From Actinomycetota bacterium (GTDB taxonomy: Bacteria; Actinomycetota; Acidimicrobiia; Spongiisociales; ZC4RG35), in contig JBQTHI010000047.1 in the NCBI GenBank assembly GCA_052390035.1, positions 1-62,321 on the forward strand: a stretch of DNA of 62,321 nucleotides, written 5' to 3'. The position numbers were made by a program, and so were the translations under genes. The notes below the pieces were generated by a model. That model did no database searches. It was given only the letters and a program-made list of their open reading frames with translations, and was not told the DNA's origin. Shown one piece after another: positions 25,947-36,869 of this stretch; within the stretch, counting starts at the first letter, position 1; every line of letters starts with the position of its first letter.

Positions 25947-27223
25947 GAGTCGTAACACTCGCCGACCTCAGCCAAACCGAGCTGGCTGCACTCACCCGCC
26001 GGTCGGCGGTGCCGGATCCCGATGTGCGGCGCAAGGCCGCCGAGATCTGCGACGAGGTTCGGCGTCGGGGAGGTGACGCCGTAGCCGACTACGCCGCCAC
26101 CTTCGGGGGTGGGTTCGCCAGGATCGATGTCGCCCAGATTGCCAACGCCGTTTCCGGCCTCGACCCCGAGGTCCGCGCCGCGATCGATGCGGCGATCCGA
26201 GCGATCGAACTTTTCCAGCGATCGCGCATGCCGGAAGACTCCGCGGTGGAGACGACCACGGGGGTGGAGATCGCCAGCCGCTGGACGCCGCTTCATCGGG
26301 TCGGGATCTATGTCCCTTCCGGGAGCGCCCCACTTCCTTCGACGGCTCTCATGACGGTGATTCCTGCCCGGCTCGCCGGCGTCGAGGAGATCGTCGTCGC
26401 CAGCCCGGCCGCGCCGAACGGTGAGGCTCATCCGCTCGTCGTGGCCGCAGCCGTCCTGGCCGGCGCCACCGAGATCTGGACGCTCGGCGGCGCTCAGGCG
26501 ATTGCCGCCCTTGCCTACGGGGCGGGTGGGCTTGGTGCGGTGGAGAAGATCGTCGGGCCGGGAAACGCCTGGGTCACCGCAGCCAAGCTGGCTGTGTTCG
26601 GCGACGTGGCGATCGATCTCCCCGCCGGTCCCTCGGAAGTGTTGGCGCTGGCGGACAGCACCGCTGACCCGACGCTGGTGGCGATCGATCTGCTCTGCCA
26701 GGCCGAACACGGACCGGACTCGCCGGCGGTGCTGGTGACCACCGATCCCGCGTTGCCGGAGATGGTCCTTACCGAAATCGGAAATTTGCTGAGCCGACTC
26801 GACCGCCGCCGGATACTCGAGGAAACCCTCGCCAACCATGGGCTGATGGTCGTGGCCGACGACCCTGGCGCTGCCATCGCCTTCGCCCAGGCCTATGCCG
26901 CCGAGCACGTCAGCATCCATACCGCCGATCCGGAGGCCGACGGTGCCTTGATCACCTCGGCAGGGTCGGTCTTCATCGGGCCGTTCGCTGCCGAGTCGGC
27001 CGGCGACTACGCCACCGGCGCCAACCATGTCCTGCCTACCGGCGGCTTGGCCCGCTCCTCCAATCCCTTATCGGTGGTTGACTTCGGCTCCTGGCGCCAG
27101 GAGCAACGCGTCACCCGCCAGGGACTCTCGTCTCTTCGGCGCACCATCACCACCCTGGCATTGGCCGAAGGGCTCGACGCTCATGCCCTCGCCGCCGAGC
27201 TGCGCTTTCGGGCCCCGCTATGA
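25943..27223 (+). CDS. hisD: Histidinol dehydrogenase
   Basis: GIYVP, KIVGPGNAWV, IDLPAGPSE, QAEH and GDYATGANHVLPT. Confidence 0.95.
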   Translation: MRVVTLADLSQTELAALTRRSAVPDPDVRRKAAEICDEVRRRGGDAVADYAATFGGGFARIDVAQIANAVSGLDPEVRAAIDAAIRAIELFQRSRMPEDSAVETTTGVEIASRWTPLHRVGIYVPSGSAPLPSTALMTVIPARLAGVEEIVVASPAAPNGEAHPLVVAAAVLAGATEIWTLGGAQAIAALAYGAGGLGAVEKIVGPGNAWVTAAKLAVFGDVAIDLPAGPSEVLALADSTADPTLVAIDLLCQAEHGPDSPAVLVTTDPALPEMVLTEIGNLLSRLDRRRILEETLANHGLMVVADDPGAAIAFAQAYAAEHVSIHTADPEADGALITSAGSVFIGPFAAESAGDYATGANHVLPTGGLARSSNPLSVVDFGSWRQEQRVTRQGLSSLRRTITTLALAEGLDAHALAAELRFRAPL

Positions 27224-27236
27224 AACGCACCACTCC

Positions 27237-27821
27237 ATGACTCGGAAGGCTTTTATCGCGCGCACCACCCGGGAGACCACCGTCGAGGTCAACCTTGACC
27301 TTGATGGAACCGGGCGGGCCCAGGTCGATACAGGCGTCGGCTTTCTTGATCACTTGCTGGGATCGTTCGCCTATCACGCCCTCTTCGACCTCGAGGTGAG
27401 CGGCCAGGGTGACCTCGCCATCGACGACCATCATCTCGTCGAAGACATCGCCTTGGTATTGGGCCAGGCGATTTCCGAGGCGCTCTCGGATCGGGTGGGG
27501 ATCACCCGTTTCGGTCATGCGGTCGTGCCGATGGACGAGGCTCGGGCCGAGGCAGCCGTCGACCTCTCGGGGCGGCCGTTTTCACTTGCCAGGTTCGACC
27601 TGCGCAACGAACGGATCGGCAATCTGACCACTCAAAACCTTCCCCATTTCCTCGAGGCCCTGGCCGCGTCGGGCGCGCTCACCCTCCATCTCAGCGCCAC
27701 CGGATCCAACGACCACCACATTGCCGAGGCAGGCTTCAAGGCGCTCGCCAGAGCCATGCGACATGCTGTGGAGATCGATCCGCGGCGCTCGGGCATACCT
27801 TCGACCAAGGGAACCTTGTGA
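27237..27821 (+). CDS. hisB: Imidazoleglycerol-phosphate dehydratase (monofunctional)
   Basis: RTTRET, IDDHHLVED, PMDEA, NDHHIAEA and PSTKG. Confidence 0.95.
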   Translation: MTRKAFIARTTRETTVEVNLDLDGTGRAQVDTGVGFLDHLLGSFAYHALFDLEVSGQGDLAIDDHHLVEDIALVLGQAISEALSDRVGITRFGHAVVPMDEARAEAAVDLSGRPFSLARFDLRNERIGNLTTQNLPHFLEALAASGALTLHLSATGSNDHHIAEAGFKALARAMRHAVEIDPRRSGIPSTKGTL

Positions 27822-28423
27822 CTCGGATCCTGGTAATCGACCACGGGGCGGGGAATCTGGTGTCGATCGGGCACGGGCTGGCCGCGGCCGGGGCCGAGGT
27901 TCAAACCACGTCGAATCCTTCCGACCTGGATCGCACCGACGGAGTGGTCCTCCCCGGGGTGGGTGCCTCCGGGGCCGTGATGTCGCGGTTGATCGACACC
28001 GGCTTCGTCGAGCCGCTCCGCAACCTTGGGGTCCCCTTGCTTGGCATCTGTGTAGGGATGCAGATCTTGTTTGACGGGTCCGAGGAGGGCGACGGCCCCT
28101 GCCTGGGGCTGATCTCGGGGCAATCCGAGCGCCTCCACCACGCTCCCCGTCTACCTCATATCGGTTGGAACGACGTGGAAGGGGACCATCCGTTGCTGGA
28201 GGGGGCAGGCGGACTCTTTTACTTCGTCCACTCCTACGCGCCGGTACCCGATGACCAGTCGGTGAGTGTCGGATGGACCGAGTACGGAAGCCGCTTCGTT
28301 TCGACGGTCGCCACCGGTCAGATATTCGGCGTGCAATTCCACCCGGAGCGAAGCGGCCGGGGAGGGCTGCGGTTGTTGAGCAACTTCGTGGCGATCTGCA
28401 GCCGAGTGACCCATGCTACGTAA
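27818..28423 (+). CDS. hisH: Imidazole glycerol phosphate synthase, glutaminase subunit
   Basis: LPGVG, GICVGMQ, PHIGWN, YFVHSY and QFHPE. Confidence 0.95.
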   Translation: MTRILVIDHGAGNLVSIGHGLAAAGAEVQTTSNPSDLDRTDGVVLPGVGASGAVMSRLIDTGFVEPLRNLGVPLLGICVGMQILFDGSEEGDGPCLGLISGQSERLHHAPRLPHIGWNDVEGDHPLLEGAGGLFYFVHSYAPVPDDQSVSVGWTEYGSRFVSTVATGQIFGVQFHPERSGRGGLRLLSNFVAICSRVTHAT

Positions 28424-29171
28424 GCGTGTGATCCCCTGCCTCGATGTGATCCGGGGACGGGTGGTGAAGGGGGTTAAGTTTCTCGACCTCCGCGATGAGG
28501 GTGACCCAGTCGAGCTGGCAGCGCACTATGCCTTGGACGGCGCCGACGAGATCACCTTCCTCGACATCGGTGCCACGCCCGAGGCGCGAGCGACGACCCT
28601 CGAGGTGGTGCGGGCCACGGCTTCTCGGGTCTTCGTGCCGTTGACAGTGGGTGGGGGGGTTCGCAGCCCTGAGGACATGAAGGCCGCATTGCGGGCGGGC
28701 GCCGACAAGGTAAGCATCAATACGGCCGCCGTCCGCAATCCCGAGCTCATCTCCAAGTGTGCCGGCCACTTCGGAGAACAGTGCGTGGTGGTGGCCATTG
28801 ACGCCCGGAGAACTGCGGGCGGTTTTGAGGTGATGGTGGCGGGGGGTCGCCAGGCGACGGGACTCGACGCCGTCGAATGGGCATGCCGGGCGGTGAGACT
28901 CGGCGCCGGGGAGATCCTGCTTACGTCAATCGACTCCGACGGAACTCAGAAGGGCTACAACCTCGAGCTGATCCGGTCGGTCTCCAAGGCGGTGGAGGTG
29001 CCTGTCATAGCCTCGGGGGGAGCGGGGATGCCGGCCGACTTCGTTTCGGCCGTGGAGGCAGGTGCCGAGGCGGTTCTGGCTGCCTCAGTCTTTCACCGCC
29101 GCCAACTGTCGATCCGGGCGGCAAAAGATGCTCTCGCCGCGGCTGGGATACCGGTTCGGGTGACAGAGTGA
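28413..29171 (+). CDS. hisF: Imidazole glycerol phosphate synthase, cyclase subunit
   Basis: KRVIPCLDV...[19 protein letters not shown] and GEILLTSID. Confidence 0.95.
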   Translation: MLRKRVIPCLDVIRGRVVKGVKFLDLRDEGDPVELAAHYALDGADEITFLDIGATPEARATTLEVVRATASRVFVPLTVGGGVRSPEDMKAALRAGADKVSINTAAVRNPELISKCAGHFGEQCVVVAIDARRTAGGFEVMVAGGRQATGLDAVEWACRAVRLGAGEILLTSIDSDGTQKGYNLELIRSVSKAVEVPVIASGGAGMPADFVSAVEAGAEAVLAASVFHRRQLSIRAAKDALAAAGIPVRVTE

Positions 29172-29752
29172 ACCCCGATCTGATCCCGGGGATCGTTCAG
29201 GACCACCGCACCGGCCAGGTGTTGATGCTGGGGTACCTCAATCAGGAGTCACTCCACCTCACCAAAACCACCGGGCTCGTCCACTTCTTCTCGCGTAGCC
29301 GTCAGCGGATTTGGCGGAAGGGGGAGACCAGCGGCAACACCCTCACCGTCGTTTCGATCGACGACGACTGCGACGGCGACGCCCTCCTTATACGGGTCAT
29401 CCCGGCCGGACCCGCCTGTCACACCGGAGCGGGCAGCTGCTTTTCTGAAGGCAACGCTGACACCATGACGCGGCTATGGGAGACGATTCTGGCTCGTGCA
29501 CACGACCGGCCGAGCGGCTCGTACACCACCTCTCTCCTCGACGGTGGGATTGACACCATCGGCCGCAAAGTGATCGAGGAAGCGGTCGAGGTCCTGCTGG
29601 CAGCCCGCGACCACCCATCCGAAGCCCCGGAAACGGTGTGCGAAGAGGCGGCCGACACCGTCTACCACCTGCTGGTCCTTCTCGCCGCGGTCGGTGCGTC
29701 TTGGAACTCGGTGCTGGACGTGTTGGATCGGAGAGCGAGTTTGGCCGGCTAA
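29168..29752 (+). CDS. hisIE: Bifunctional phosphoribosyl-AMP cyclohydrolase / phosphoribosyl-ATP pyrophosphatase
   Basis: KGETSGN, DCDGD, ACHTG, SYT and KVIEEAVE...EAAD. Confidence 0.92.
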   Translation: MNPDLIPGIVQDHRTGQVLMLGYLNQESLHLTKTTGLVHFFSRSRQRIWRKGETSGNTLTVVSIDDDCDGDALLIRVIPAGPACHTGAGSCFSEGNADTMTRLWETILARAHDRPSGSYTTSLLDGGIDTIGRKVIEEAVEVLLAARDHPSEAPETVCEEAADTVYHLLVLLAAVGASWNSVLDVLDRRASLAG

Positions 29753-29773
29753 AGCGGCACAATGGGGTGGCCG

Positions 29774-30247
29774 ATGCGACGGTTCCTCTCCCTGGCGTTG
29801 GTCCTAGCCGCCTGCTCGACCCCTGCCCGTATGGGGACCGAAGCCGCACCCATTCCTGAAACGAACCCGGCCGCCTTTCGTCAGATCCTCGCCGACCTCG
29901 ATCGGCCGGCGGTGGTCAACGTCTGGGCGGCGTGGTGCCTCCCCTGCCGGGCCGAGGCTGCGCTGTTCGAGCGTGCCCATCAGCAGTACGGTGACCGAAT
30001 CGAGTTCATCGGCCTCGACTTCGAGGACGCCCAGAATGCCGCCCGGCAGTTCCTCGACGAATTCGGGCTCACCTTCACCCAATATTTTGACCCGACCGGG
30101 GCCGTGGCCGCCGACTTAGGCGGAATCGGCGTGCCCCGAACGTTTTTCTTTGCCCCTGGCGGCGATCTGGTCAGGACCCACAACGGGATCATCGACGAAC
30201 AGACCCTGGCCCTATTCATCGACGAGCTGCTTGCTCCCTCCCCATGA
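29774..30247 (+). CDS. TlpA/ResA-like thioredoxin-fold lipoprotein
   Basis: Lipobox LAAC, VNVWAAWCLPC and GVPRTFF. Confidence 0.85.
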   Translation: MRRFLSLALVLAACSTPARMGTEAAPIPETNPAAFRQILADLDRPAVVNVWAAWCLPCRAEAALFERAHQQYGDRIEFIGLDFEDAQNAARQFLDEFGLTFTQYFDPTGAVAADLGGIGVPRTFFFAPGGDLVRTHNGIIDEQTLALFIDELLAPSP

Positions 30248-32085
30248 CCGACGGAGTCGATTCGACCGTCACCGTCTTCGAAGCCCAGGCCCGGGAGGAC
30301 GTCAAGGTCGACATCCGTCGGCTGCCCGGCCTCGCTAGGCGGGCCCTGGGCTTGGTCGTTGCCGCCGGGAGGCGCGAGTTCGCCCTCTCGACCGGCCTCC
30401 AGGTGTTGACCGGGCTGGCGATCGCCGCCGAGTTGGTGGTGGGAAAGGGAGCGCTGCAGGCATTGTTGGCGGCGGGCGCCGGCAATGGCGGCCTGGCAGT
30501 GGTAACGCCTTGGGCGATGGCCCTCGCTGGTCTCACCGTGGTCGTGGGCTTCACCTCGGCGGTGCAAAGGGAGCAACAACAGATCCTCGGCGAGTTGGTG
30601 GGCCGGCACATGGAGGGCAGCACCCTGACGATTTCGGGTCTGGTGCCCCTCGACGAGTTCGAGCGGCCGGACTTCCACAACCGTCTGCAGCGGGTGTCGG
30701 CGGGCCTCCAGCAACCGCTCAACATGGTTTATGGCCTGAGCGGGCTGATATCCGCCCTGATCGGGGTGATGGGGGTGGCGGTGGCCCTCGTCTCGATCGA
30801 GCCGCTGTTGATTCCCTTGGTGCTGACCGTGCTGATTCCCGCCTGGATGGCTGCCTCACGGCGAGGGTCGGCATTCTGGCGGTTCTTTTGGCGAATGACC
30901 CCACGGGACCGGGAGCGTCGGTACATCGCCGAACTACTGAGCGGTCGTGACCAAGCGAAAGAGGTGAGGGCATTCGGTCTCGGCCGCTTCCTCCTGGAAA
31001 GGTGGCATCGACTCTTCGACGAACGTCTGGTCGAACTGCGTAGGGTGGCTCGCCGCCAGCTCGTCTTCACCCTGGCCTCGACGGCGGTGATCGGGGCGAT
31101 GCTGGGAGCGATCCTGCTCCTCATCGGCTACCTGGCGTCAAGCGGGCGAGTCACCTTGGCCGAAGCCGGGGTCGCGGTCGCCGGTATCGCAGTCGTGGGA
31201 TCTCGCTTGGCAGGCGCCGGGTGGGCCGCCAGCAGCCTGTCCGAAGCCGGGTTCTACCTGGACGACTACACCATCTTTACCACGCTGGCGGCGACCGAGC
31301 GTGGGCGCCATGGAACTGCACCCACGGCGATCGGCCGTGTTACCGCCGATCTGGTCACCTTCACATATCCCAGTGCCGAACAGCCCGCGCTGACCGACGT
31401 CTCCCTTCATATCGAAGGAGGGGAGGTGGTGGCGCTGGTCGGCGAGAACGGCTCGGGTAAGTCGACCTTGGCCAAGCTTCTGGCCGGCCTCTATCGCCCA
31501 GACTCGGGAGCGATCCGCTGGGACGGAATCAACATCGTCGACGTTGATCAGACTCACTTGAGCAGCCTGGTGGCTGTGATCTTCCAGGATTTCATCCGTT
31601 ATCACCTGGCGGCGGCCGACAACATCGGTCTGGGCAACTATCAGGCGGCGGGCCATCGTGCTGGCCTGCGGGCGGCAGCCATCCAGGCCGGCGCCGACGA
31701 ATTCATCGAGCGCCTTCCAGATGGGTACGACACGTTGCTCGGGCCCGAGTTCGTGGGCGGCGTCGACCTGTCGGTGGGTCAATGGCAGCGCATCGCCCTC
31801 GCCCGGGCCTTCTTTCGCAGCGCGCCGTTCGTGATCCTCGACGAGCCGACCGCCGCCCTCGACGCCAAGGCCGAACACGAACTCTTCGAGCGCATCCGCG
31901 GGCTGCTGAAGGGTCGAACGGTGCTTCTGATCTCTCATCGCTTTTCGTCCGTCCGGACCGCCGATCGGATTTACGTCCTGCACGACGGCCGCATCGTCGA
32001 ACACGGAACCCACCGCGAGCTCGTCGACGGCGGAGGCCGTTATGCCGAGTTGTTCACGTTGCAGGCCGCCGCCTATCAGGATTAG
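30244..32085 (+). CDS. Fused permease/ATP-binding ABC exporter
   Basis: TM domain, GENGSGKST, LSVGQWQR signature, ILDEPT and SHRFS. Confidence 0.9.
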   Translation: MTDGVDSTVTVFEAQAREDVKVDIRRLPGLARRALGLVVAAGRREFALSTGLQVLTGLAIAAELVVGKGALQALLAAGAGNGGLAVVTPWAMALAGLTVVVGFTSAVQREQQQILGELVGRHMEGSTLTISGLVPLDEFERPDFHNRLQRVSAGLQQPLNMVYGLSGLISALIGVMGVAVALVSIEPLLIPLVLTVLIPAWMAASRRGSAFWRFFWRMTPRDRERRYIAELLSGRDQAKEVRAFGLGRFLLERWHRLFDERLVELRRVARRQLVFTLASTAVIGAMLGAILLLIGYLASSGRVTLAEAGVAVAGIAVVGSRLAGAGWAASSLSEAGFYLDDYTIFTTLAATERGRHGTAPTAIGRVTADLVTFTYPSAEQPALTDVSLHIEGGEVVALVGENGSGKSTLAKLLAGLYRPDSGAIRWDGINIVDVDQTHLSSLVAVIFQDFIRYHLAAADNIGLGNYQAAGHRAGLRAAAIQAGADEFIERLPDGYDTLLGPEFVGGVDLSVGQWQRIALARAFFRSAPFVILDEPTAALDAKAEHELFERIRGLLKGRTVLLISHRFSSVRTADRIYVLHDGRIVEHGTHRELVDGGGRYAELFTLQAAAYQD

Positions 32086-32096
32086 CTTTGTAGGAC

Positions 32097-33542
32097 CTAC
32101 CCGAGCTGGGACCGCAGCTCCTCGTTGACCAGTTTGGGGTCCGCCTTGCCACCGGTGGCCCGCATGACCTGGCCGACCAGGAAACCGAGCACTTTGCCTT
32201 CCCCCGCCCGGTATCGGGCGATGGCCTCGGGTTGGGAGGCGAGCACCTGGGTCACGGCTGCTTCGATCACCGAACGGTCGGACACCTGCAACAGATCACG
32301 ATTTGCCGCCACCTCCCTGGGGCTGCCCTCGCCTCTGATCACTCCGGTCAGCACATCTTTGGCTGCCGAGGAGGAAAGCAGACCATCTCCGACCATCGAC
32401 AGCAGATCGGCCAGCCCCGCCCCGGTGAGGGGGGTGTCGTCGAGGCTTTGGCCGGCCCGGCGGACCGCGGCTATGACCTCGCCTGTGATCCAGTTGGCGG
32501 CGACCGCCACATCCGAACCTGCCTCCACGGTCAGATCGAACAGACCGCGAAGGCTGGAATCGCTCGCCGCCAAAACCGCCACCGCGTGTTCGTCGAGGCC
32601 CATCGCTGCATAACGGCGTCGGCGGTCGGCGGGAAGCTCGGGGAGGTCGCTCTGGAGCAAACGAACCGAGTCGGCGTCGAAGGCGAGTGGAACCAGATCC
32701 GGCTCGGCGAAATACCGGTAGTCCGAACTTCCCTCCTTGGTACGCATGCTATGGGTGACCCCGGCGTCCTCATCCCAGTGACGGGTCTCCTGGATGACCG
32801 TCTCGCCGCGCTCGCCCAAACCGACCTGGCGGTCGATCTCTGCGGCGATCGCTCTCTCCAGGGACCGGAAAGAGTTCATGTTCTTGATCTCGACCTTGGT
32901 CCCGAGTTCGGCGCTGCCGTAAGGCCGCACGGAAACGTTGGCGTCGAAGCGGATCGACCCTTCCTCCATGCGAGCGTCGGATACACCCAATTCGGCCACC
33001 AGCGCTCGCAGATCCTGGGCATACGCCCTGGCCTGGGCCGGCGACCGGATATCCGGACGCGAAACGATTTCGACCAGTGGCACTCCCGATCGGTTGAAGT
33101 CGAGCAGGGTGGCTGTTGCCGCATGAATCCTTCCGCCTTCCCCTTGATGAAGGCTCTTACCGGTGTCCTCCTCCATGTGGGCTCGTTCGATTCCGACCCG
33201 CAACTCTTCCCCATCGACGGTGACGTCGAACGACCCGTTGATGGCCACCGGCAAGTCGTATTGGCTGATTTGATAATTCTTGGGAAGGTCGGCGTAGAAA
33301 TAGTTCTTGCGATGGAACACCGAGTGGGAGGTGATTTCGCATCGGAGGGCCAGGCCGATGCGGATGATCCAATCCATGGCGGTGGCGTTGATCACGGGCA
33401 GCGCCCCCGGCAGACCCAGGCAGGTGGGACACACGTTGGTGTTGGGATCTTCTCCAAATGAGACGGCGCAACCACAAAACATTTTCGAGGCCGTGCGCAG
33501 CTCGACATGGACCTCGATGCCGATGACCGGCTCCCAGTTCAC
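32097..33542 (-). CDS. gatB: Asp/Glu-tRNA amidotransferase subunit B
   Basis: [36 protein letters not shown] and EIKNMNS. Confidence 0.96.
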   Translation of the reverse strand: MNWEPVIGIEVHVELRTASKMFCGCAVSFGEDPNTNVCPTCLGLPGALPVINATAMDWIIRIGLALRCEITSHSVFHRKNYFYADLPKNYQISQYDLPVAINGSFDVTVDGEELRVGIERAHMEEDTGKSLHQGEGGRIHAATATLLDFNRSGVPLVEIVSRPDIRSPAQARAYAQDLRALVAELGVSDARMEEGSIRFDANVSVRPYGSAELGTKVEIKNMNSFRSLERAIAAEIDRQVGLGERGETVIQETRHWDEDAGVTHSMRTKEGSSDYRYFAEPDLVPLAFDADSVRLLQSDLPELPADRRRRYAAMGLDEHAVAVLAASDSSLRGLFDLTVEAGSDVAVAANWITGEVIAAVRRAGQSLDDTPLTGAGLADLLSMVGDGLLSSSAAKDVLTGVIRGEGSPREVAANRDLLQVSDRSVIEAAVTQVLASQPEAIARYRAGEGKVLGFLVGQVMRATGGKADPKLVNEELRSQLG

Positions 33543-35035
33543 GAACGACCCACCATCGCCGGGCGGGCTTTGAACTCGGCGAGCCGCTCGACTGCGGCTG
33601 CTACCCGGAAGAGCCGCGGCTCCCCCAGGGCCGGTGCCATGACTTGAAATCCGATTGGCAGCCCATCTGGATCGAGGCCGATAGGAACGGAGATAGCCGG
33701 ATGCCCGGACAAGTTGGAAGGGATCGTGCACACGTCGGCGAGATACATCGACAATGGGTCTTGGGTCTTCGCACCCAGGGCAAAGGCGGTGGTCGGGCTG
33801 GCCGGGGAGACCAGCACGTCCACGTTCCGGTAGGCGTCGTTGAGTTCGTTGATGAGGAGGGTGCGAACCCGTTGAGCCTGGCCATAGAAGGCGTCGTAGT
33901 AGCCGGCCGAAAGTGCGTAAGTGCCGAGGAGGATCCGTCTCGTCACCTCGGGCCCAAAGCCTTCGGCGCGGGTAAGGGCCATCATTTCTTCGACGGTCGA
34001 CCCGCCAACGCGCAATCCGTACCTGACCCCGTCGAACCGGGCCAGGTTGGCCGAACACTCGGCGGGAGCTATCAGGTAGTAGGCGGAGAGGGCAACCTCA
34101 AAGCTGGGCAGCGACACTTCGGAGACCTCGGCTCCCTCCTTCTCCAACCGGGCCATCATGTCGCCCACCGCCGCCGACACCGCCGGTTCGTAGCCCTCGC
34201 CTCCCAGTTCTTCCACCAGGCCCACCCTGAGACCCTCCATCCCGCGGTCCAGGTGGGAGCGGATATCAGGCAACGGCTCGGGGTAAGAGGTGGCATCGAG
34301 CGGATCGGGTCCGGCCACCGCTTCGAACAGATCGAGGGCGTCGGAAACGGTGCGTCCGAGGGGGCCTATCTGATCGAGGCTCGAAGCGAAGGCGACCAGT
34401 CCATACCGGCTCACCAGACCATAAGTTGGTTTCATGCCGACGACCCCGCAGAGAGCGGCCGGCTGACGGATCGAACCACCGGTATCGGAACCGAAAGCTC
34501 CCAGGACCGAGCCGATCGCCACCGCTGCTGCCGAGCCCCCTGAGCTGCCCCCGGGCACCCGGCTGGGATCCCAGGGGTTGCGGGTCGGGCCAAACGCCGA
34601 GTTCTCGGTCGACGAGCCCATGGCGAACTCGTCGAGGTTGGTCTTGCCGACGAGGACGGCTCCCGCCTGCCGAAGCCGGGTGACAACGGTGGCGTCGTAG
34701 GGCGGTCGGTAACCGGCGAGGATCTGTGACGAGCAGGTGGTGGCCAGCCCTCGGGTGCAGAAGTTGTCTTTGACCGCCACCGGGATCCCGTCAAGCTGAC
34801 CCAAAGGCCGGCCGGCGGCCAGGCGGTCGTCGGCGGCGGCTGCTGCGGTCCGGGCGCCCTCGTGATCGATGGTTAGAAAACAATGCAGCTCCGCCTCGGT
34901 CATCGACGCCCGGTCCAGCACCACCTCGAGCAGGCCGGAGGATGTGAGACTCCGGGAACGAAGGCGGGTGGCGGCTTCGCCAATGGTTAGATCGTCGGTC
35001 TCGTGACTCCCCGAACCCGGCGAGTGTCCGGCCAT
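33539..35035 (-). CDS. gatA: Asp/Glu-tRNA amidotransferase subunit A
   Basis: Amidase signature [17 protein letters not shown] and ANLARFDG. Confidence 0.96.
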   Translation of the reverse strand: MAGHSPGSGSHETDDLTIGEAATRLRSRSLTSSGLLEVVLDRASMTEAELHCFLTIDHEGARTAAAAADDRLAAGRPLGQLDGIPVAVKDNFCTRGLATTCSSQILAGYRPPYDATVVTRLRQAGAVLVGKTNLDEFAMGSSTENSAFGPTRNPWDPSRVPGGSSGGSAAAVAIGSVLGAFGSDTGGSIRQPAALCGVVGMKPTYGLVSRYGLVAFASSLDQIGPLGRTVSDALDLFEAVAGPDPLDATSYPEPLPDIRSHLDRGMEGLRVGLVEELGGEGYEPAVSAAVGDMMARLEKEGAEVSEVSLPSFEVALSAYYLIAPAECSANLARFDGVRYGLRVGGSTVEEMMALTRAEGFGPEVTRRILLGTYALSAGYYDAFYGQAQRVRTLLINELNDAYRNVDVLVSPASPTTAFALGAKTQDPLSMYLADVCTIPSNLSGHPAISVPIGLDPDGLPIGFQVMAPALGEPRLFRVAAAVERLAEFKARPAMVGRS

Positions 35036-35322
35036 CAGGTATCCATCGCCGGCGGCACCACGAAGAATCCTTCACGGGCTAAAGGGGCGGCCGCCAGCAC
35101 CTCCGACCGGTCGAGAGAAGGACGCACCTCATCGGGACGGAAGCGGTTGACGAGCCCGAGGGGATGTGCGGTCGGTTCGATCCCACTGGTCTCGAGCGCC
35201 TGTACCCGAGCGGCATGCTCGAGGATCACTTCCAGTTGTGCCTGATACACGCTGAGTTCTGCCTCGCTGAGAGCGAGGCGCGCCAGCCGAGCAACATGTT
35301 GGATGTCGATTTCGATCGGCAT
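35035..35322 (-). CDS. gatC: Asp/Glu-tRNA amidotransferase subunit C
   Basis: HVARLARL...FFVVP; position upstream of gatA. Confidence 0.93.
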   Translation of the reverse strand: MPIEIDIQHVARLARLALSEAELSVYQAQLEVILEHAARVQALETSGIEPTAHPLGLVNRFRPDEVRPSLDRSEVLAAAPLAREGFFVVPPAMDT

Positions 35323-35383
35323 GACGGCGCGGAGTGTAGGTACAGATGGCCTCCGTTCCTCCCCGGTTTTCTACCCTGGCGAG

Positions 35384-35665
35384 GTGACCATCCGGCCCGT
35401 GTTGGGCATCGTCGCTCTCGCCCTGGCGGGACTCGGTGGCTGGCTGTGGATCGAAGATGACCAGGCCACCGGCGGAATATTCCTTCGGGTGGGGCTGGTC
35501 CTAGGGGCCTTGTGGCTGGCGGCGCCCAGCCTGCGCCGGCTCGATGGGCGCCGGCTCCTTCCGATCGCCATTGCCGTCGCGCTTGCGGCCGCTCGGCCTG
35601 CGCTGCTTATCTGGCTCGGGCCGGCGCTGCTCGCCTGGGTGCTCGTCAGGCGCCGCCGGATGTGA
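35384..35665 (+). CDS. Small integral membrane hypothetical protein
   Basis: Several hydrophobic segments and a basic C-terminus. Start uncertain. Confidence 0.55.
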   Translation: MTIRPVLGIVALALAGLGGWLWIEDDQATGGIFLRVGLVLGALWLAAPSLRRLDGRRLLPIAIAVALAAARPALLIWLGPALLAWVLVRRRRM

Positions 35666-35686
35666 ACCCCGACCTCGGAGGGGAAG

Positions 35687-36829
35687 ATGCTCAAGACCGG
35701 AGTCCTCTCGGCCGACACCAGAGGGATGGAGTCCAGGGGAGGTACCCGCGTCTTCGGCCTGGCACTGACCGGGGCAATTCTGCTCGCTCTTCCGGGTCAG
35801 GCCGTCGCCCAGACCGCCCCCTTCGACCCCAACCAGATCGTCTTCCCGGTCGTCGGCGAGCCGGTGTACTACATCGACGACTTCTCCCAGCCTCGTTCCG
35901 GTGGCCGCACCCACGGGGCAATCGACATCATGACCAACGGCATCAAAGGATGGCCGGTGGTCGCCGCTGCCGATGGCGTAGTCACCTGGATCGGCTCGAC
36001 CTGCTGCTATCTCGGCATCGATCACGGGGGCGGATACGAGACCTGGTACATCCACCTGAACAACGACAACCCCGGAACCGACGACGGCCTTGCCTGGGGC
36101 ATCGCCCCCGGCATCGTCGACGGGGCGCCCGTTGCCAGAGGTCAGCTGATCGGATGGGTGGGCGACTCCGGGAATGCCGAATGGGTCGGTCCTCATCTCC
36201 ATTTCGAGATCCGTCTATACGGCACCCCGGTCGATCCTTACCCGTACCTGCTGGCGGCTCCACATCTGACCTCTCCGGGTGGTTCGCCGGTGACGCCTCC
36301 CTCGGGGGTCAACACCTTCACCGATGACGACGGCAATCCCCATGAAGCCAACATCGAGATCCTCTACGCCCACGGCATCACCGCCGGATGTGGGGTTCAG
36401 GTCTACTGCCCGGAGGCCAATATCACCCGCGGGCAGATGGCGTTGTTCATCTATCGGCAACTCGATCTGGCTGCCTCCACGACCGACTTCTACGACGACG
36501 ACAACGGCTCGATCTACGAGGAGGCGGCCAACGCCGTGACGGCAGTCGGGATCGGCTTTCCATGTGGCGAGCGGGCCTTTTGTGAGGACCAGCCCCTGCT
36601 CCGGGAGGAGATGGCAGAGCTGCTGTCCCGTACGTTCAGTGTGGCGCCGTCATCGACCGACTGGTTTCACGATGACGATGGCTCACAGTTCGAGGCGGCC
36701 ATCAATGCCATCAGGGCGGCGGGCATCAGCATCGGCTGTGATCCGGCCGACCCCGGACATTTCTGTCCCGATCGTCTCCTCACCCGGGGGGAGATGGCAA
36801 CCTTCTTCGTGAGGGCAATGGGCCTGTAG
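35687..36829 (+). CDS. Secreted M23 family peptidase with C-terminal SLH-like repeats
   Basis: Signal peptide, HGAID (HxxxD) and HLHFE, then three FxDD...G(C)...(F/Y)C...R repeats. Confidence 0.85.
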   Translation: MLKTGVLSADTRGMESRGGTRVFGLALTGAILLALPGQAVAQTAPFDPNQIVFPVVGEPVYYIDDFSQPRSGGRTHGAIDIMTNGIKGWPVVAAADGVVTWIGSTCCYLGIDHGGGYETWYIHLNNDNPGTDDGLAWGIAPGIVDGAPVARGQLIGWVGDSGNAEWVGPHLHFEIRLYGTPVDPYPYLLAAPHLTSPGGSPVTPPSGVNTFTDDDGNPHEANIEILYAHGITAGCGVQVYCPEANITRGQMALFIYRQLDLAASTTDFYDDDNGSIYEEAANAVTAVGIGFPCGERAFCEDQPLLREEMAELLSRTFSVAPSSTDWFHDDDGSQFEAAINAIRAAGISIGCDPADPGHFCPDRLLTRGEMATFFVRAMGL

Positions 36830-36869
36830 CCGGCCTTGGCCGTTCTGAGCCTCCGGTACGGTAAAGGTT

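Noticed and set aside
22785-27028. Long antisense ORFs (e.g. 22785-24155, 25364-27028 and many similar)
   Set aside because: Shadow frames of well-supported genes, expected in high-GC DNA; no motifs.
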